Notes: a model not told the origin generated them from the letters alone. A stretch of DNA of 64,000 nt from Epiperipatus broadwayi (GCA_028023455.1 JAQFVV010000006.1:19778001-19842000), one strand, 5' to 3'; positions 38,995 through 52,865 are shown, numbered from the stretch's first letter. Made by a program: numbers and translations.

Positions 38995-41946
38995 ATGACA
39001 GACAAAAATGAAGCATGGCTCTTATTCCCAGGAGGCTGTAAAGTCACCAACCAAGGCAGCGGTTGGTGGCCGAAGACGGAGGGTGCTAAGAATCCCCTGA
39101 TTGTGGACCCAGGCTGCCATTTGATGACGACTTTTTATTTAGGTACTTACAACTGCAGATCACTTTCAAGTGAAGGAAGATTGCAAGAATTAGAAGAAGA
39201 ATTGTCTTATATTAAATGGGACATTATTGGACTTTGTGAAGTTAGAAAAAAAGGTGAAGAAACAATTGATTTAAAAAGTGGACATATACTCTATTATAAA
39301 GGCACACATATTGGAAATACAAGTGGAGTAGGATTCATTATAAATAAAAAGTGGAAGAACAATATTGTGGAGATTGATGGTATATCGGACAGAGTTGCAA
39401 GATTAGTTATACAACTTAATAGCAGATACCAAATGCAGATAATTCAGGTTTATGCCCCAACAAGTTCTCATAGTGATGAAGTAGTAGAAGATTTTTATAT
39501 GGATGTACAAAAGGCTTTTGATCAGAGTAAACAACATTTTAAAATTGTTATGGGAGACTTTAATGCTAGAATTGGTAGACAAATGAAAGATGAAATTGCT
39601 GTAGGTAATTTTGATTATGGTAATAGAAATGAGAGAGGACATAGACTTGTGGAGTTTGCAGAAAAAGAAAAACTTTATATTATGAATTCATTTTTTGAGA
39701 AAAATGTTAAAAGGAAATGGACATGGAAGCATCCAAATGAAGGTACAACAGAATTGGATTATATTTTGACTAACAGGAAATACATATTTCAAGATTGTAA
39801 TGTTCTTAATAAATTTAACACAGGAAGTGATCATCGATTAGTAAGGTGTAAGTTATGTGTTAATGTAAAACTAGAGAGACAAAAATTATTGAGAAAAACA
39901 ATATTTACAGTTGATATTCCTAATCTTCAGAAACATTCTAATGAATTTAAATTAGAACTTACAAATAGGTTTCAAGTGTTAGGAGATTTTGAACATGATT
40001 CAGATTTGAATGAAATTAATATGAAAATAACTGATACACTTTTAAAAACTGCAACAAAGATAGCTGGTAGAAAAAAGCAGCAATTGACTAATAAAATTTC
40101 TACTGAGACTAGAGAATTTATGAAGAAAAGAAGGAATATGAAGATATACAAAAATGATGTATTAAAAAGAATTGAATATCTCGAATTTTGTAAAATGGTA
40201 CGGAAAAGAGTTGAAAATGATATAAGAAAGTATAACTGTGAAATAGCAAGGAAAGCTGTAGAAGAAGATAAAAGTCTCAAGAATGTTAAACAACATTTTG
40301 GTATTGGTAGGAAATTTATATCTGCAATAAGAAAAAAAGATGGAATTATTACTAAAAAGAGAGATGACATCATGAAATTGGTAGAAAATTTTTATCAAGA
40401 ATTATATAGTAATAAAGAACAAGTACCTCCTATATCTATTACATCTTCCGAATTGCCCAGAATTTTAAATGAAGAAGTGAGACATGCAATTAAATGTATG
40501 AAGAAAGGAAAGGCTCCAGGAAATGATGGAATTATAATTGATATATTAAAAGAAGGAGGTGAAGAAATAGAAACAATTTTAGCAAAGTTATATACCAAAT
40601 GTCTAAATGATAAAGATGTACCAGAAGATTGGAAGAATGCAGTAATAATATTAATATTTAAAAAAGGTGATAAAGAAGATATTAGAAATTACAGACCTAT
40701 CAGCCTTTTATCAGTTTTATATAAAATTTTTACCAAGATAATTACAACTCGTCTACAGAGAACTTTGGATTTCCACCAACCAAGAGAACAAGCTGGATTT
40801 AAAAGTGGTTTTAGTACAATAGATCATATCCAGGTATTGAGAGAAGTCATAGAAAGGACAAATGAATATGAGTTGTCATTATGTTTTGGATTTGTAGATT
40901 ATAAAAAGGCATTCGATTCTATACACATTTCTTCAGTGATTAAAGCATTGGATCATCAAGATATAGATCCAGGATATTGTCATATTTTAAAGAATATTTA
41001 TAAAAATGCAACAGCAACAATTAGATTACATAATGATACTGGAAAAATCAACATTGAGAAAGGTGTAAGGCAAGGTGACTCCATATCTTCAAAACTTTTT
41101 ACAGCAGTGCTGCAAGAAGTATTTTGTGGATTAAAATGGGAAACTAAAGGAATGAAAGTAAATGGAGAGTATTTAAGTCATTTAGATTTTGAAGATGATG
41201 TAGTTGTTTTTGCAAATAATGCTTCAGAGCTGCAGGAAATGTTGCAGGAGTTAGCAGATGAAAGTAGAAAAGTAGGACTAAAGATAAATGTTAAAAAGAC
41301 TAAAGTAATGTTTAATCGATTTAACAAAATATGAAAATAAAGATTGATTATGAAGAATTAGAAGAAGTTAACAGTTACAAATACCTAGGTCAGATTATTA
41401 ATACAAATGGAAACATAATGGAGGAAATTAATCATAGAATTAAACTTGGTTGGAGTGCTTTTGGTAGAAATAACTTGATACTAAAAGGAAATATGCCTAT
41501 GTGTTTGAAAAGAATGGTTTTTAACAAATGTGTTTTACCAGTTCTTACTTAAGGATCTGAGACTTGGACACTTAATAGAAGAGCAATACAGAGACTTCAG
41601 ACCACTCAAAGGAGTATGGAGAGATGTATGTTGGGAGTAACAAGAAGAGATCGAAAACGCAATGTATGGGTAAGACAACAAACAAGTGTTACTGACCTTA
41701 TTGAAAAAATTAAAAGATTGAAATGGAGTTGGGCTGGACATATTGCTAGAAGAAATGATAATAGATGGACAATTGAAATTTTAAACTGGATTCCAAGAGA
41801 TTGTAAAAGACCCAGAAAGAGACCACATGTGAGATGGATGGATGAAATAAGAAAATGTGCAGGTGTTGTGGAAAAGAGAAGCTAAAGATCGGAGAAGATG
41901 GATTAAACTTGGAGAGACCTTCATCCTGCAGTGGATTGATAATGGT

Positions 41947-41949
<3 letters not shown>
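38995..41949 (+). pseudogene. RTE APE-endonuclease/reverse transcriptase ORF, disrupted
   Basis: APE motifs TYNCRSL, IIGLCEVR, QVYAPT, MGDFNAR, LDYIL, SDHRLV. RT motifs PREQAGFK, FVDYKKAFDSI, GVRQGD, KYLG. RTE C-terminus KWSWAGHIARR...RP..RW.D. Lesions: frameshift at ~41331, TAA at 41550-41552 in place of the Y of LTYGSETW, frameshift at ~41868 (WKREAKDRRRW...QWIDNG* ends at 41949), and catalytic FADD reads FEDD (41188-41199). Confidence 0.93.

Positions 41950-41983
<34 letters not shown>
41948..41983 (+). repeat. (GAT)12 microsatellite tail of the RTE element
   Basis: 12 perfect GAT units overlapping the reconstructed TGA stop; short tandem-repeat tails are typical of RTE. Confidence 0.95.
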
Positions 41984-41984
<1 letters not shown>

Positions 41985-43479
41985 GCTTCAAAATGAACAC
42001 ATATAAGTGAACACCCACTCAGTGAAATATAGTAAATGTATCCCCTCAATATATTATTAATAATTATATTATTTTTTAAACTTTGTTTATAATATAATTT
42101 TTATATATTATACAGAAAAAAGCTTCTGTGTTATATATGTGTGTGTTGAAAAAAAAATGTATACTTGTACTTCAATAAACCAAGACAAATACTATTCTAA
42201 TCAATGTTTATCAACAAAATGTGAGCTATTATAGGCTTATATGTTTAGATGTAAAGGAGCTTGCAATAAAATATAGCATACTTCGCAGCTCCACTATATG
42301 TAAGTTATTATGCCAATGGAATAAATACAGATATGTTTATATACGATATTTCTTAAGGTTATCATTCCTATTCAATAACATGTGTAAAACATCTATTGAA
42401 AAATCTCTCCATATACATTATAACAGGAACTTCATAACATAAATCCCAATATATTAAATAACTGAGTCAATGTTTTTTAATGTAATTTTAATTAATTCCA
42501 ATTTTTAAATAAAAAAAATCTATGTACTATTGTTCTCTACTGTTCCCAAATCTTTGTAAAAAAAAATGGGTCATAAAACAAAAGTTCTGTTTCTATAATC
42601 ATCACAATAAATAAAGAATAAAAAATGTCCAAATTTGGTCAACAAAAAGATGACTTATAAAATCATGTTTATGAGATCATTTATTGTCCCATCAACTATT
42701 TATAAATAATGTACATGAAGAACAATGATTGCACAGCCAACATATTTTATATAACTTCAAATTGTATTAATTAAATACAAATATAAAAATGGCTGCAAAT
42801 ATATATACTATTATAAAAGATATATTACTCAGTATGATTATCAACACCACATATCAGTGAATACCATCACTTCATGAAACCCTTCAAAATATTATAATTA
42901 CTTGGAGATAAAAAAAAAAAACAGAAACTTTTAAAAGTCATTAATATTAAAAAAATTACCCAAAGTAATCAAATAAAAATTTTGGAAAATGATCAATAAC
43001 TATGGTCAAATGTTCCACTGAAATACATATATATATGAGTATTAATATACTACTTTTAATAAAAATATATATACTTAATGATAAACTTTCTAAATTAGAT
43101 TTTGATGACAAATAATTAAAGTATGTCTTAATTTCTATCACTAAAAAAAAATTTTAACTTCCATCATTAAAAAAATTAATTAAAACCATATTCTTTATGA
43201 GTAATTGTTTATTATTTTTAGATGAGAACCATTAGTAAAAAGTTCTAATTAATACTCTTAAACAGTTCTTTTTTTAAAAAAAAAAATTGATGGCACTCAA
43301 ATAAATATATAAAATATTAATATATAAATTACTAATGAGAAAAAGAAAAATATTAGTTTAGTCAAAGCTAAAAAATTTTCAATCTTTCATTAAACAATAG
43401 ATACAGGACTCAATGATATATTCATAATTGAAAAATACTAAAAGCAGAGAAAAATATTATTAATAATTATTATTATAAA

Positions 43480-44450
43480 AGATTTGCCAAATAACCGACT
43501 GAGTTGTAATATTTTAAATATATTCTTTACATTACAACTTAACACTTTTATTACTTTCAATATGTCTTTCCTTCAATAATTCAACAGCCTTTTGTGAAGG
43601 ATGGTTTGAATTACAATGGAATAGAGAAAAAAGACAAAGAAAATTCAATTGCAATATTTTGAATACAAATGAAAATAGTCAGAAAATTATAAGATCTAAA
43701 AGGTTTGAAATTTTATATATATTAATATTATTGCAAAAATTGCTGTTTCAATGTCTTCCATAAAAGAATGATCACAACTTTCCTTATTGTATACAGGTTT
43801 GGAAATATGTCAAAATCTATTGGAGTCGGATAAGGTGAGCAAGATACATTAAAAAATTTTGCATTTTACTAATAACTGACTATTATATTAAAATACTATT
43901 TCAAAAGAGAATCCTTGTTTTCTCACTATTGATAACTTTTATTTCAACAATCCAGTATATGGGAAGAAAAAGTGGTGCTGGAATAAATCTGTTCAATCCT
44001 GGGATAAGATCAATTTTTTCATCATCTGCTGTTATAATGCAATTAATGATAACAAACTAAAATTTTCTTTGGTATGTCATGTCTTCAAAAACGTTAAAAT
44101 CCATTGCTTGTTAATGAGTTTTGAAATAAATCACTCATATTATCAACCTAAAGCCAATTTAAATGTGATCCTTTTCAGAATAAACATTAAATACTCTTTG
44201 TCACTGCTAGTTACTGTCACAAATCAATAAGGGTTCAGTTTGCTTGATGTGACTTCTTTTTCATCAAATCGCTAACACTGTCCTCGATCCCATTAATTCC
44301 ATTAAAGGTTTTTGTATATCATTCTTCAAAGTTTTCTGATACTGTTGAATGTGTAATTCTCATCAACATTATACTCTTTTTTGACTGGTAATATTATTAA
44401 TATATCATTTTAAAAAAATGATTTATTACATGGTCATGTCAAGTATGATT
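43480..44450 (-). mobile_element. Possible hAT transposase C-terminal relic
   Basis: Minus-strand relic DYFHLYSKY...FFSIP followed by a broken dimerisation-domain-like stretch; many stops, no TIRs found. Confidence 0.3.
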
Positions 44451-47133
44451 TAACATGTAATATACTTAAAAGATAAAACTTCCTCGATTGAAAATCAATA
44501 CTGATGCTTAAAAATTGTATATCCTCCCATGCAATTAATTATTCAATTATTTCATTACTATTTATCAAAATCAATGCTAATACAATTCTGTTTAATGAAA
44601 CAATTTCTCTTTATCTGTTAAAATTCTTAAAACAGTACCTGACATCAAATTATTATTTTTTTAAATGTTAAAAATAATAGGCTTATTCATAGAATTAATG
44701 TTACCTCTTAAAAAAATTAATAGTGAAATAAGAAAAAAATATTTGTCACATAAATTTTAAAGAATATTGCAGAAAAAAATGCAATTATGCTGAATCAAAA
44801 AGAATAAATTATAAATATTTAATTTTTAAAAGAAACTATTGTAGGTGATAAATTTTGTTAAAAATAAAAAGGCTTGAACTATTAATCAAACCAATAAAAG
44901 CAATATTAAATTTTCAAATAATCCCTACAGTTGGATCTAAACTTCCAAACATTACCTATTGATGAAAAAAATTGTCCAATCTTTGTTATCACCTGTTTTG
45001 AGATCTGCCATTAAAAAATATCTTAGAGAAACTGGCATATATAGCAAGTTATTCGTATTTAAATACCACTGCTACACTCAATTAGATTCTAAAGTTTGAA
45101 TACTGAAATTAGCTGTATATTTAACACAGACTTGTTTACTTCAACAAGAGAGTGCATAAAGATTTAATATCATTTCTATTACATATTTACATTGCGATAT
45201 GTTTATTTAATGAAATCAATAATGTATGTTCAAAAAACTTAAAGGTATTTAAAAAAAGATAATATGATCAAATAAAGTGGATTTGAAAAAAAAATCTAAA
45301 ACATCGGAAATGAAATAGATACATTTTATTTAATATGCGACAAGATTTGAGGGTAGTAAGTAGAACTGAAGGAGCCATTGCAACAAGGACTAGATGGTTA
45401 GAGATAAAGAAAAAAAGGTAAATCAAATGAAAAATATGTCAAATTATTAAAACTAATACTCATATAATTTGCTGCTTGAGAGGTCATTGATATTTGCACT
45501 GAAGTGGCAAGTTGAATATGTCTTTTTATTCAACCAAACTGATCTTTTTTTAACTTTGCCCATCTGGGAATTAATCCAACAATCCACTCTTACATCTGCC
45601 ATTTACCACTGTAATAAATCTCATAAAGCTATAAGTTATTCATATCATGATAATAAGCCCATGAGGTTGACTTTCAATACTGAAGAAAAGGTTTAAATAC
45701 AAAAAAAAAAACTCATGGACTTGTTTAGTTTTATTTAAGATTTATTTTGATAGTCTAATTGGATTATTTAGGATTGTGGATAATGATAAATTTAACTGTA
45801 ATAAATTAAATTAATAGTCAAATGATTGTGATCTGCACAAAGATTAATAAGATGAAATATGTGTCAGAATTTTTAAAACAACCAATATGTTCCCCATCAT
45901 AAAATATAATAAATTTTTTATAGATATATTTTTATCTAAAAAATAAATTATATTTAAAAAAGTTGAATGAAAAATGTAGTCAGGACTTTATAAGATCTAT
46001 TTAGAAAAAGAGATTAATATTTGTTTCACATATCTCAAAAAAGCTGACTAAATTAGATATTAAGGAGGACATGTAGAAAAAGTTTTTTTTAAAAAAGAGA
46101 AGAAAAAACCTTACATGAGAAAGAATATTCATAACTAAATGGACTATATATGAGATAAAACCAGTTATTTTTAATTTATAATATGTACTTAAAAAAGATA
46201 TAAAATGAATAAAGAAAGTAATAAATTGAAGATCGAGGGAAGAAATAATCAGAGCATTAATTTCATGATGATATGATAGACATTAGGATCAATGTAATAA
46301 TTAAAGTAGAGTAGAATAATGGCAATAATATATATGATAGGAATGATCATCATTGTGAGTCATTGGAATTAGAAATAATAATAGTCATTGAATGCTGTAA
46401 CAATTGCTTATTTTTAATATGTATACTTGGGGGGGGGGGGGTTTGAAAGATATTGAAATTAACATGAACTGACAAATGTAAATAATTGAATGATTATATT
46501 AGTTGCTCAGGAAATCATGTGATATTTGAAGCCTATAAGTTAAACTTTAATTTCAAACAGGAACCTTATCTCTTAAGTTATCAGTCTATTATTCTACTAA
46601 TAGAGACAGATTACTGCAAGAACTTAACCTTACTTTTTCCATATATTCAATAGTTCTGTATTCACCTCATCAGCAACAGCCACTTACAAATAAGTGTAAG
46701 TGTGGCCATTCTAACTACAAAACAAAATAAAATGAAAATGTGAATAAAACATTAATATAATAGAATGAGTTTTGCATAGAATATACAATGTATAGAACAC
46801 TCTCATCCATTATACTGTTTTTTTGATATTTTGCAATTCTGTCTTATACTTATTCTGCAGCAAACTTTCCTTTCAGAAATACTTCAATACTTATAAACAA
46901 TATCGCTCTTTAATATATTCTATCTTCAACTATATCTTCCCAACAAAACAATCAATGCAGCACCTTTTCATAATGCCTTGGAGATAAATTTTATTCTGTA
47001 AATCAGATCCGCCTCTTCCACAAAAATCACGCTCAAATTTATCACACCCCCCCCCATGTAGGAAGTCCTGTATTGTTCATTCATTTCATATGGCCAATCC
47101 AATGAAGATGTTTTATAATAATACATTCTATGG

Positions 47134-49917
47134 CAAAAGTACCCAAACTGTTTTAGATCGCAGACCCCTTTACCAAAAACTTTTAAAACCATCGACCCCC
47201 TAGTCATTTGTACAGTACTTGATATTAAATATTTCTCTAGATATCAAACTTTTTATTTAATCACTTGTAAGGACTACAGAATATATCATTATCTTTGTGT
47301 AACATTTATTATCGAAACCTGCAATAACTATAATTAAAATAAAAAAATATGAACAGTTTTTTTTTCATTTTTGACATTTATGAAATAAATATGTAAATTC
47401 AAATTAAGTACAAATATTGAAATCACTTCATTAAACATAAAAATGAAGTGAAAAAAAATCAACATATTCAGATAGAATTAAATATCAACAAAATTACAAC
47501 AAAAGATTTTAATCAGAATTATAAAAATAAAAATACCAAACAAATTAGCTTGGAAAACTGAATTGCACCTGGTAATCTGTCAACAATTTACCTACGTCTG
47601 GCTTTAAATTAATGAATTGCATTCTCAAATCTTCAGGTTCAGTGATATGCAATTGATGTCTGTTCTGAAGGAGGTTTAAAAAAACACTGAAGTCTCTCTC
47701 AAGCAGATACGAAGATGGAAATGCCAGCAAATACTTTTGTGAAACAGTCCAGAGAGCCGGGTACAGAAGTGGAATATCTTGTTGCAGCCAAAACTTTTGA
47801 TAATCCTGTTTGAATTATACTTTGAAATCCTCATTCGTGCTGATGGTTATCAGCTCATCTTGCAAAATTGTATTTGGTCCTGAACTAGCAGTGTATGTGT
47901 TTATTATGTACTCCGATATTTCCTATGATAGAATATCTTCAATTAGTTTTGAAATATAAGTGAAGAGCCTCCAAGTAGTTGATATACAGCAAGATGTTTT
48001 TTTCTTGGATTGTGCCGATCTTAAATAACTTGGAGAACTGGGAAAGTTCAGATCATGCAATATTTTGCTTAAAAAACATTAATCTAGCAACAAAAATCAA
48101 TATGACAGCTTTTACTTTGATGAGATTCAAAGTGTCTCCTTGTAGTTGTAAATTAACATCATTAAATTTGCCAAATAAGTCGGTTAAATAAGCAAAATTA
48201 TTTTACTCTTCAAGCAAATTTTATTTCAACCTGGAATCCTAATCTTCCAAAAACTCTCAAACAGAGTGAAAAATTGAAAAAAATCTTACCAAATATAAAC
48301 TTTTTGAAAGCCAGTGGACCGATATGAATGACCAATCGATAGAAATCTTTGTCATTTTCCTCACATAATCGAGTGAACAGTCTAGTATTCAAAGTGTTAC
48401 TTCAAATTTTGTTCACAGCTGTTATAACAAACTGAAGCTATTGATTCAATTTGTCGCCAAATGTTACCTATGAATTATGCAATGATCTGCAAACATTTCA
48501 GGTACATGTTGTTTCAGATAATTTATGAAACCACGATAATAACCAACCATAGCTGGTGCTCCATCTGTCACAACAGATATTATATTTATCAATGGAATCA
48601 CTTTTTCCCTAAAAATGCTCCATTAAATTAAAAATCAATTTGCCTCTGGTGTTAGTTTCTAAAGTTCTAGTTTCTAAAGTTCTAGCAAAAAGCAGCTCTT
48701 CATACACTTCCTGATATTGAATAAAGCAAATGTATACCAGTAACAAAGCTTCATTACCAGGTAATGTTGACTCATCCAATTAGAAAGAAAAAAACTTTTT
48801 TTACATATGATTACACAAACAGTTTTCCTTGTCATGACTCATTTCATTGTGTTATTGCTCAAAGGAATCCTTTTTATAGCATCTTGTGCAGGTTTATGGA
48901 GTATACTGTTTAATATCTCTGTGTCAGCTGATAGAATCAGTTTCTCTGCTCACCAGATTTCGCAATGAGTAGGGGTATGTTGTATGATGCCCTTAATCCA
49001 TCATCATTTTGCTTCGATGATGAAACATACATAGTTCTCTTCAGAATTTTATCTTTAAATGAGTGAAAGTATGACAAATCTTTTTCTTTTTTGTCAGGAT
49101 GAACTCTGTTCAAGTGATCTTCTAGTTTTCATGGTTTCACAGTATCATTTATTAAATATTTTTTTGAATAGGAGGTACATTGGTAAATGTTTGTTTGATA
49201 TTGCTAGGACAAATCCTAGCTTCAAATAGTCCATGCCGTACTGTTTGCATTTCTTTTTTGGTTCAGTCATATTATTATTGTAAAAAATAAAAACTTTTAT
49301 TAACAAACAATTTGGCCAGTTTCTGTGATAAAAAAAAAAAAAAATAAAGTAAGTACTTACTCGAAACAAAAGATCTTTGTTCAAATTCGAATAAATAAAC
49401 TGTCCTCTGATTTTCTTTTTCGTAGTACTGCTCCTCAATAAATAACTACATTCAACGTTCAAATCACTAATAAATACATGTCACATAAGACAAACCAATT
49501 TATAGTGTTTTATGAAAGCATGACAGTACAAGACTGATAGATTCTGCTAATATCGAATATCGTCTTGTTCCCTCGCAAGCAAGTGCGGACAAACAACAGT
49601 TTTTCATGTCCACACTTGCTGATACATTCAACAAGACAATGCATGGACATGTTTGTACTACATGTATTTTCATGCATTCTTATGTATGACTCTTTTATGA
49701 CACGTTTTACGTTTTCGTTCGCACGTTTAGTATGTAATGTGCTTTTAACAAAAGGGTTTTTTTGCATTATTTTACTTATTGGATCATAGATATTTTGAAG
49801 TAAGAGGGTTTATTTTTGCTGTCATTGACTCCCAAATTTTTTTATTGAAACTATCAAACCCTAGAAAGTTCAAATCTACTCCAGGGGGGTCAATATCGAC
49901 TACTTTGGGAACTCTTG
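47134..49917 (-). mobile_element. Full-length decayed hAT DNA transposon, Buster/Charlie group
   Basis: 14-bp TIRs caaaagtacccaaa (47134-47147) / caagagttcccaaa (reverse complement of 49904-49917), 12/14 identical. 8-bp TSD TTCTATGG (47126-47133) / TTCTATAG (49918-49925) with the central TA typical of Buster. Internal transposase relic. Confidence 0.9.
47545..49270 (-). pseudogene. Buster-type (ZBED5/ZBED8/SCAND3-like) transposase, multiply disrupted
   Basis: MTEPKKKCKQYGMDYLKLGF (BED-finger N-terminus), IPLSNNT, VTDGAPAMVG, HCIIHR, AYLTDLFGKFNDVNLQLQG, LLAFPSSYLLERDFS, DLRMQFINLKPDV. Many stops and frameshifts, plus a 15-bp in-frame duplication at 48653-48682. Confidence 0.88.
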
Positions 49918-50137
49918 TTCTATAGCATCACATCCAACAAATTGACGAACATAATGATTGGTCTTAAGATCGTGGCATTGTATTTTTAAAATTTTATGGA
50001 GATCCTTATTTGAAATTCTTCTAATGTATTTATATTATGTAAATAATAAATCCCAAGTTTCACTTCCATACAATAAATTAATATCTCTAAATGCGCTGGA
50101 GATAATGGTGAAGCTAAGCTATGACTTGTAAAATTAA

Positions 50138-50180
50138 ATGGCTGAGCGCTTTCAAAAAGTTTATCTTTTTAATCATAGTG
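50138..50180 (-). ncRNA. Degenerate A3-U8 hammerhead related to the 37.8-kb family
   Basis: CACT ATGATTA AAAAG-ATAAA-CTTTT T GAAA GCGCT C AGCC. Confidence 0.45.
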
Positions 50181-50580
50181 AAAACATCATCTGAAAAAAA
50201 AATATGTAGATGACGATTATTTAAATATATGCAAAATAGTGGATTTGAAAGTCCATTTTTTGGAGAGAGGAAAGCATGCTTCCTTTGGTTTATAGGGTGG
50301 ATGTTATTAGCTATATACCATGCTTCTTTGATTTTATGTTTGGAAGTGGAGAATTTGATTTGTATATGTAAAGCCTCGGATTTCTAAAGGCTTAATACAC
50401 AGAGTAATTTAATTGACTTGCATCTCATTATAAATGGATGTCTAAGTGCTTAAGTTCATTGTGCGAGTCTTCCCAAACAGTGGTGAAAGATAGAGATAAA
50501 TGTGCTTAAATATTGATGATGACTGATTCTGGTCTGGCGACAAAACACATTGTCAACATAGTGAGTATAGATGAGATTGG

Positions 50581-51244
50581 GAGTAATACTGAAGTATTTG
50601 GGAAGTTTATTGTCAAAATGGTTTAAGTATATGCTGGAAAAGATTCCACTGAGAGGAATGCAATGGACCAACCATTAATTATGTGAAAAATATTGTCCAA
50701 TGAATGTGGTGATAATATTGTCATAGAGCCATAAAAAATTCAGAAATAATTACTTTTTAAGAGCTTTGGCTTTGATAATATTAGTAGTGTTTGCAATTGA
50801 TAGAGCCGTATAATTCTGTAATATCTAAAGAAGCAATTTTGTATTCAGGTTCCAGCTTTGAGCATTTGATGCAGGTGATAAAATTAAAAGAAAACTTGAG
50901 GGTGCAAGCCCTGAGTAATACTGAAGTATTTGGGAAGTTTATTGTCAAAATGGTTTAAGTATATGCTGGAAAAGATTCCACTGAGAGGAATGCAATGGAC
51001 CAACCATTAATTATGTGAAAAATATTGTCCAATGAATGTGGTGATAATATTGTCATAGAGCCATAAAAAATTCAGAAATAATTACTTTTTAAGAGCTTTG
51101 GCTTTGATAATATTAGTAGTGTTTGCAATTGATAGAGCCGTATAATTCTGTAATATCTAAAGAAGCAATTTTGTATTCAGGTTCCAGCTTTGAGCATTTG
51201 ATGCAGGTGATAAAATTAAAAGAAAACTTGAGGGTGCAAGCCCT
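50581..51244. repeat. Perfect 332-bp tandem duplication
   Basis: 50581-50912 and 50913-51244; no difference found on manual comparison. Confidence 0.95.
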
Positions 51245-52800
51245 ATATCCGATTTGATCCATTAGCCATTGACTGACCATTTTTACAATACTGAAATAAT
51301 GAACATCTTCAAAATAAGCCTAAGTGGAGAATTAGACTAATTTCATTGGGAAGTCTACAACATTTCTTTCCCTATTACAATAAATTAAGTAAAATAACAG
51401 CTCTATACATATATAGTTAATGTAATTAGTTATTTCATTGTGATGAAATTAGATATCTTTTAATTTTTTAAAAACAGCAGCAGCATATTGAAATCTTTAC
51501 TGCATCTCAACTTTTAAAAAAACTATTAAAATATTTAAATAGGTTTAAACTTTCAACTTAATAACTATTCAAACTAAAAGTTGCTAAACATTTTTCTTCC
51601 ATTAGTAGTTGATATAGAACTTTCATTTCTTAAATATTAATTACTATACAAGTTTTACTACATCATCTTTTAAACTGGCAAGGATAGCATAATCATCAGC
51701 ATACTAAAAAAACAGAATTGATGAAGTTCTCGTTTCTGCTTTTAATCAATTTAAATCATTCCACTGTTAAACCCGTAATGCATGTTTATTCCTGATTCAT
51801 TAAGTTGCATATATTAATTTCAAAGATTACTGTCATAAAAATGAAAAAATTGAAGCAAGTGCCTAATCTTCTTTAACACTAGATCAAATCAATAAAATGA
51901 ATACTATATATAAATCCTTTTTTTTGTTCCCAACACTTTTTTTGCATATATCTGGCAATAAAAATCATGTCTATAGCTCTTCTTGATTCTCTAAAATCAC
52001 ATAAGAATCTCTGGTGATAATTTATCTATACTTGAAGTAACTTACTCAACAAAATACTTGAAATTACCTGTGCTGTATTGGATAACACTACTATTCACCT
52101 AATCCTTGAAAATAGAATAGATTGACTATATATCATTTTAAAATAACACAATTTCAGAAGTTTAATTAAAATTAACTAATTTTAAAATGCTGCTCATTAA
52201 TTCTCCAGTAATATAAAAACCGAATAGATCCAGCTATGAATTGCACATAGATTACTATTTCTTTAAAGAATTAAACCTTCAAATACTTAAATAAATAACA
52301 AAAAATAATGAATATATCCGTATGATTTGTTTAAATAAATGCAAATAATAAGCATATTTTATGTTAAAAAAATTAAGGATATATACATATAAATCAAGAT
52401 CAAATTCAATGTTTTGTCTCATTTAAAATATTATTATCTGATATTTATTCTTTTAAAAAGTATAACATTAAAATATCAAAATTAAAAATTGCTGCTTATG
52501 AAATCATGTGACATTTGAGCACCAAAGTAAAAAGTTAACACAGATTATTCATCACTCCTTAAGACTTTAATTTTCAAGTCTGTGACTTTCTACAGTAATA
52601 AAACACATAGGCCAAAATTTGTTAAACCCCAAGATCCTAGTAATCAGATATAAACATATGCAGATCCAAGCTCTATTTCCAGTATTCTTTATCTTCTTTA
52701 TAAAGTATTGTAACTTTATCTTTCTTATTGCATTGCAAAATTCATATATTATTAATATCATCTATGTTTTTTATTACTTTTTACAATGCTTTTTTACAAC

Positions 52801-52843
52801 CCACTGACAGTTTCGATTATTCCAGAAATCTTCTTCAGAACTA
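52801..52843 (-). ncRNA. Hammerhead motif, canonical C3-G8 core, GUC triplet
   Basis: TAGTT CTGAAGA A GATT-TCTGGAAT-AATC GAAA C T GT C AGTGG. Helix I is weak. Confidence 0.55.
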
Positions 52844-52865
52844 TTCATGTATTTGTATTGTGTTG

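Larger units (their letters stand above)
38650..41983 (+). mobile_element. RTE-clade non-LTR retrotransposon, near full length
   Basis: Single APE+RT reading frame followed by a (GAT)12 tail. The 5' boundary is approximate (start of the GC-richer leader). Confidence 0.93.

Noticed and set aside
37319-41992. 11-bp repeat attgcttcaaa (37319-37329 / 41982-41992) as the RTE target-site duplication
   Set aside because: It would need a ~1.7-kb leader of host-like AT-rich DNA. Chosen post hoc and cannot be separated from chance without other copies.
39403-42018. Minus-strand ORFs inside the RTE, including the poly-Ser ORF at 41746-42018
   Set aside because: They are antisense shadows of the RTE frame and of the (GAT)n tail.
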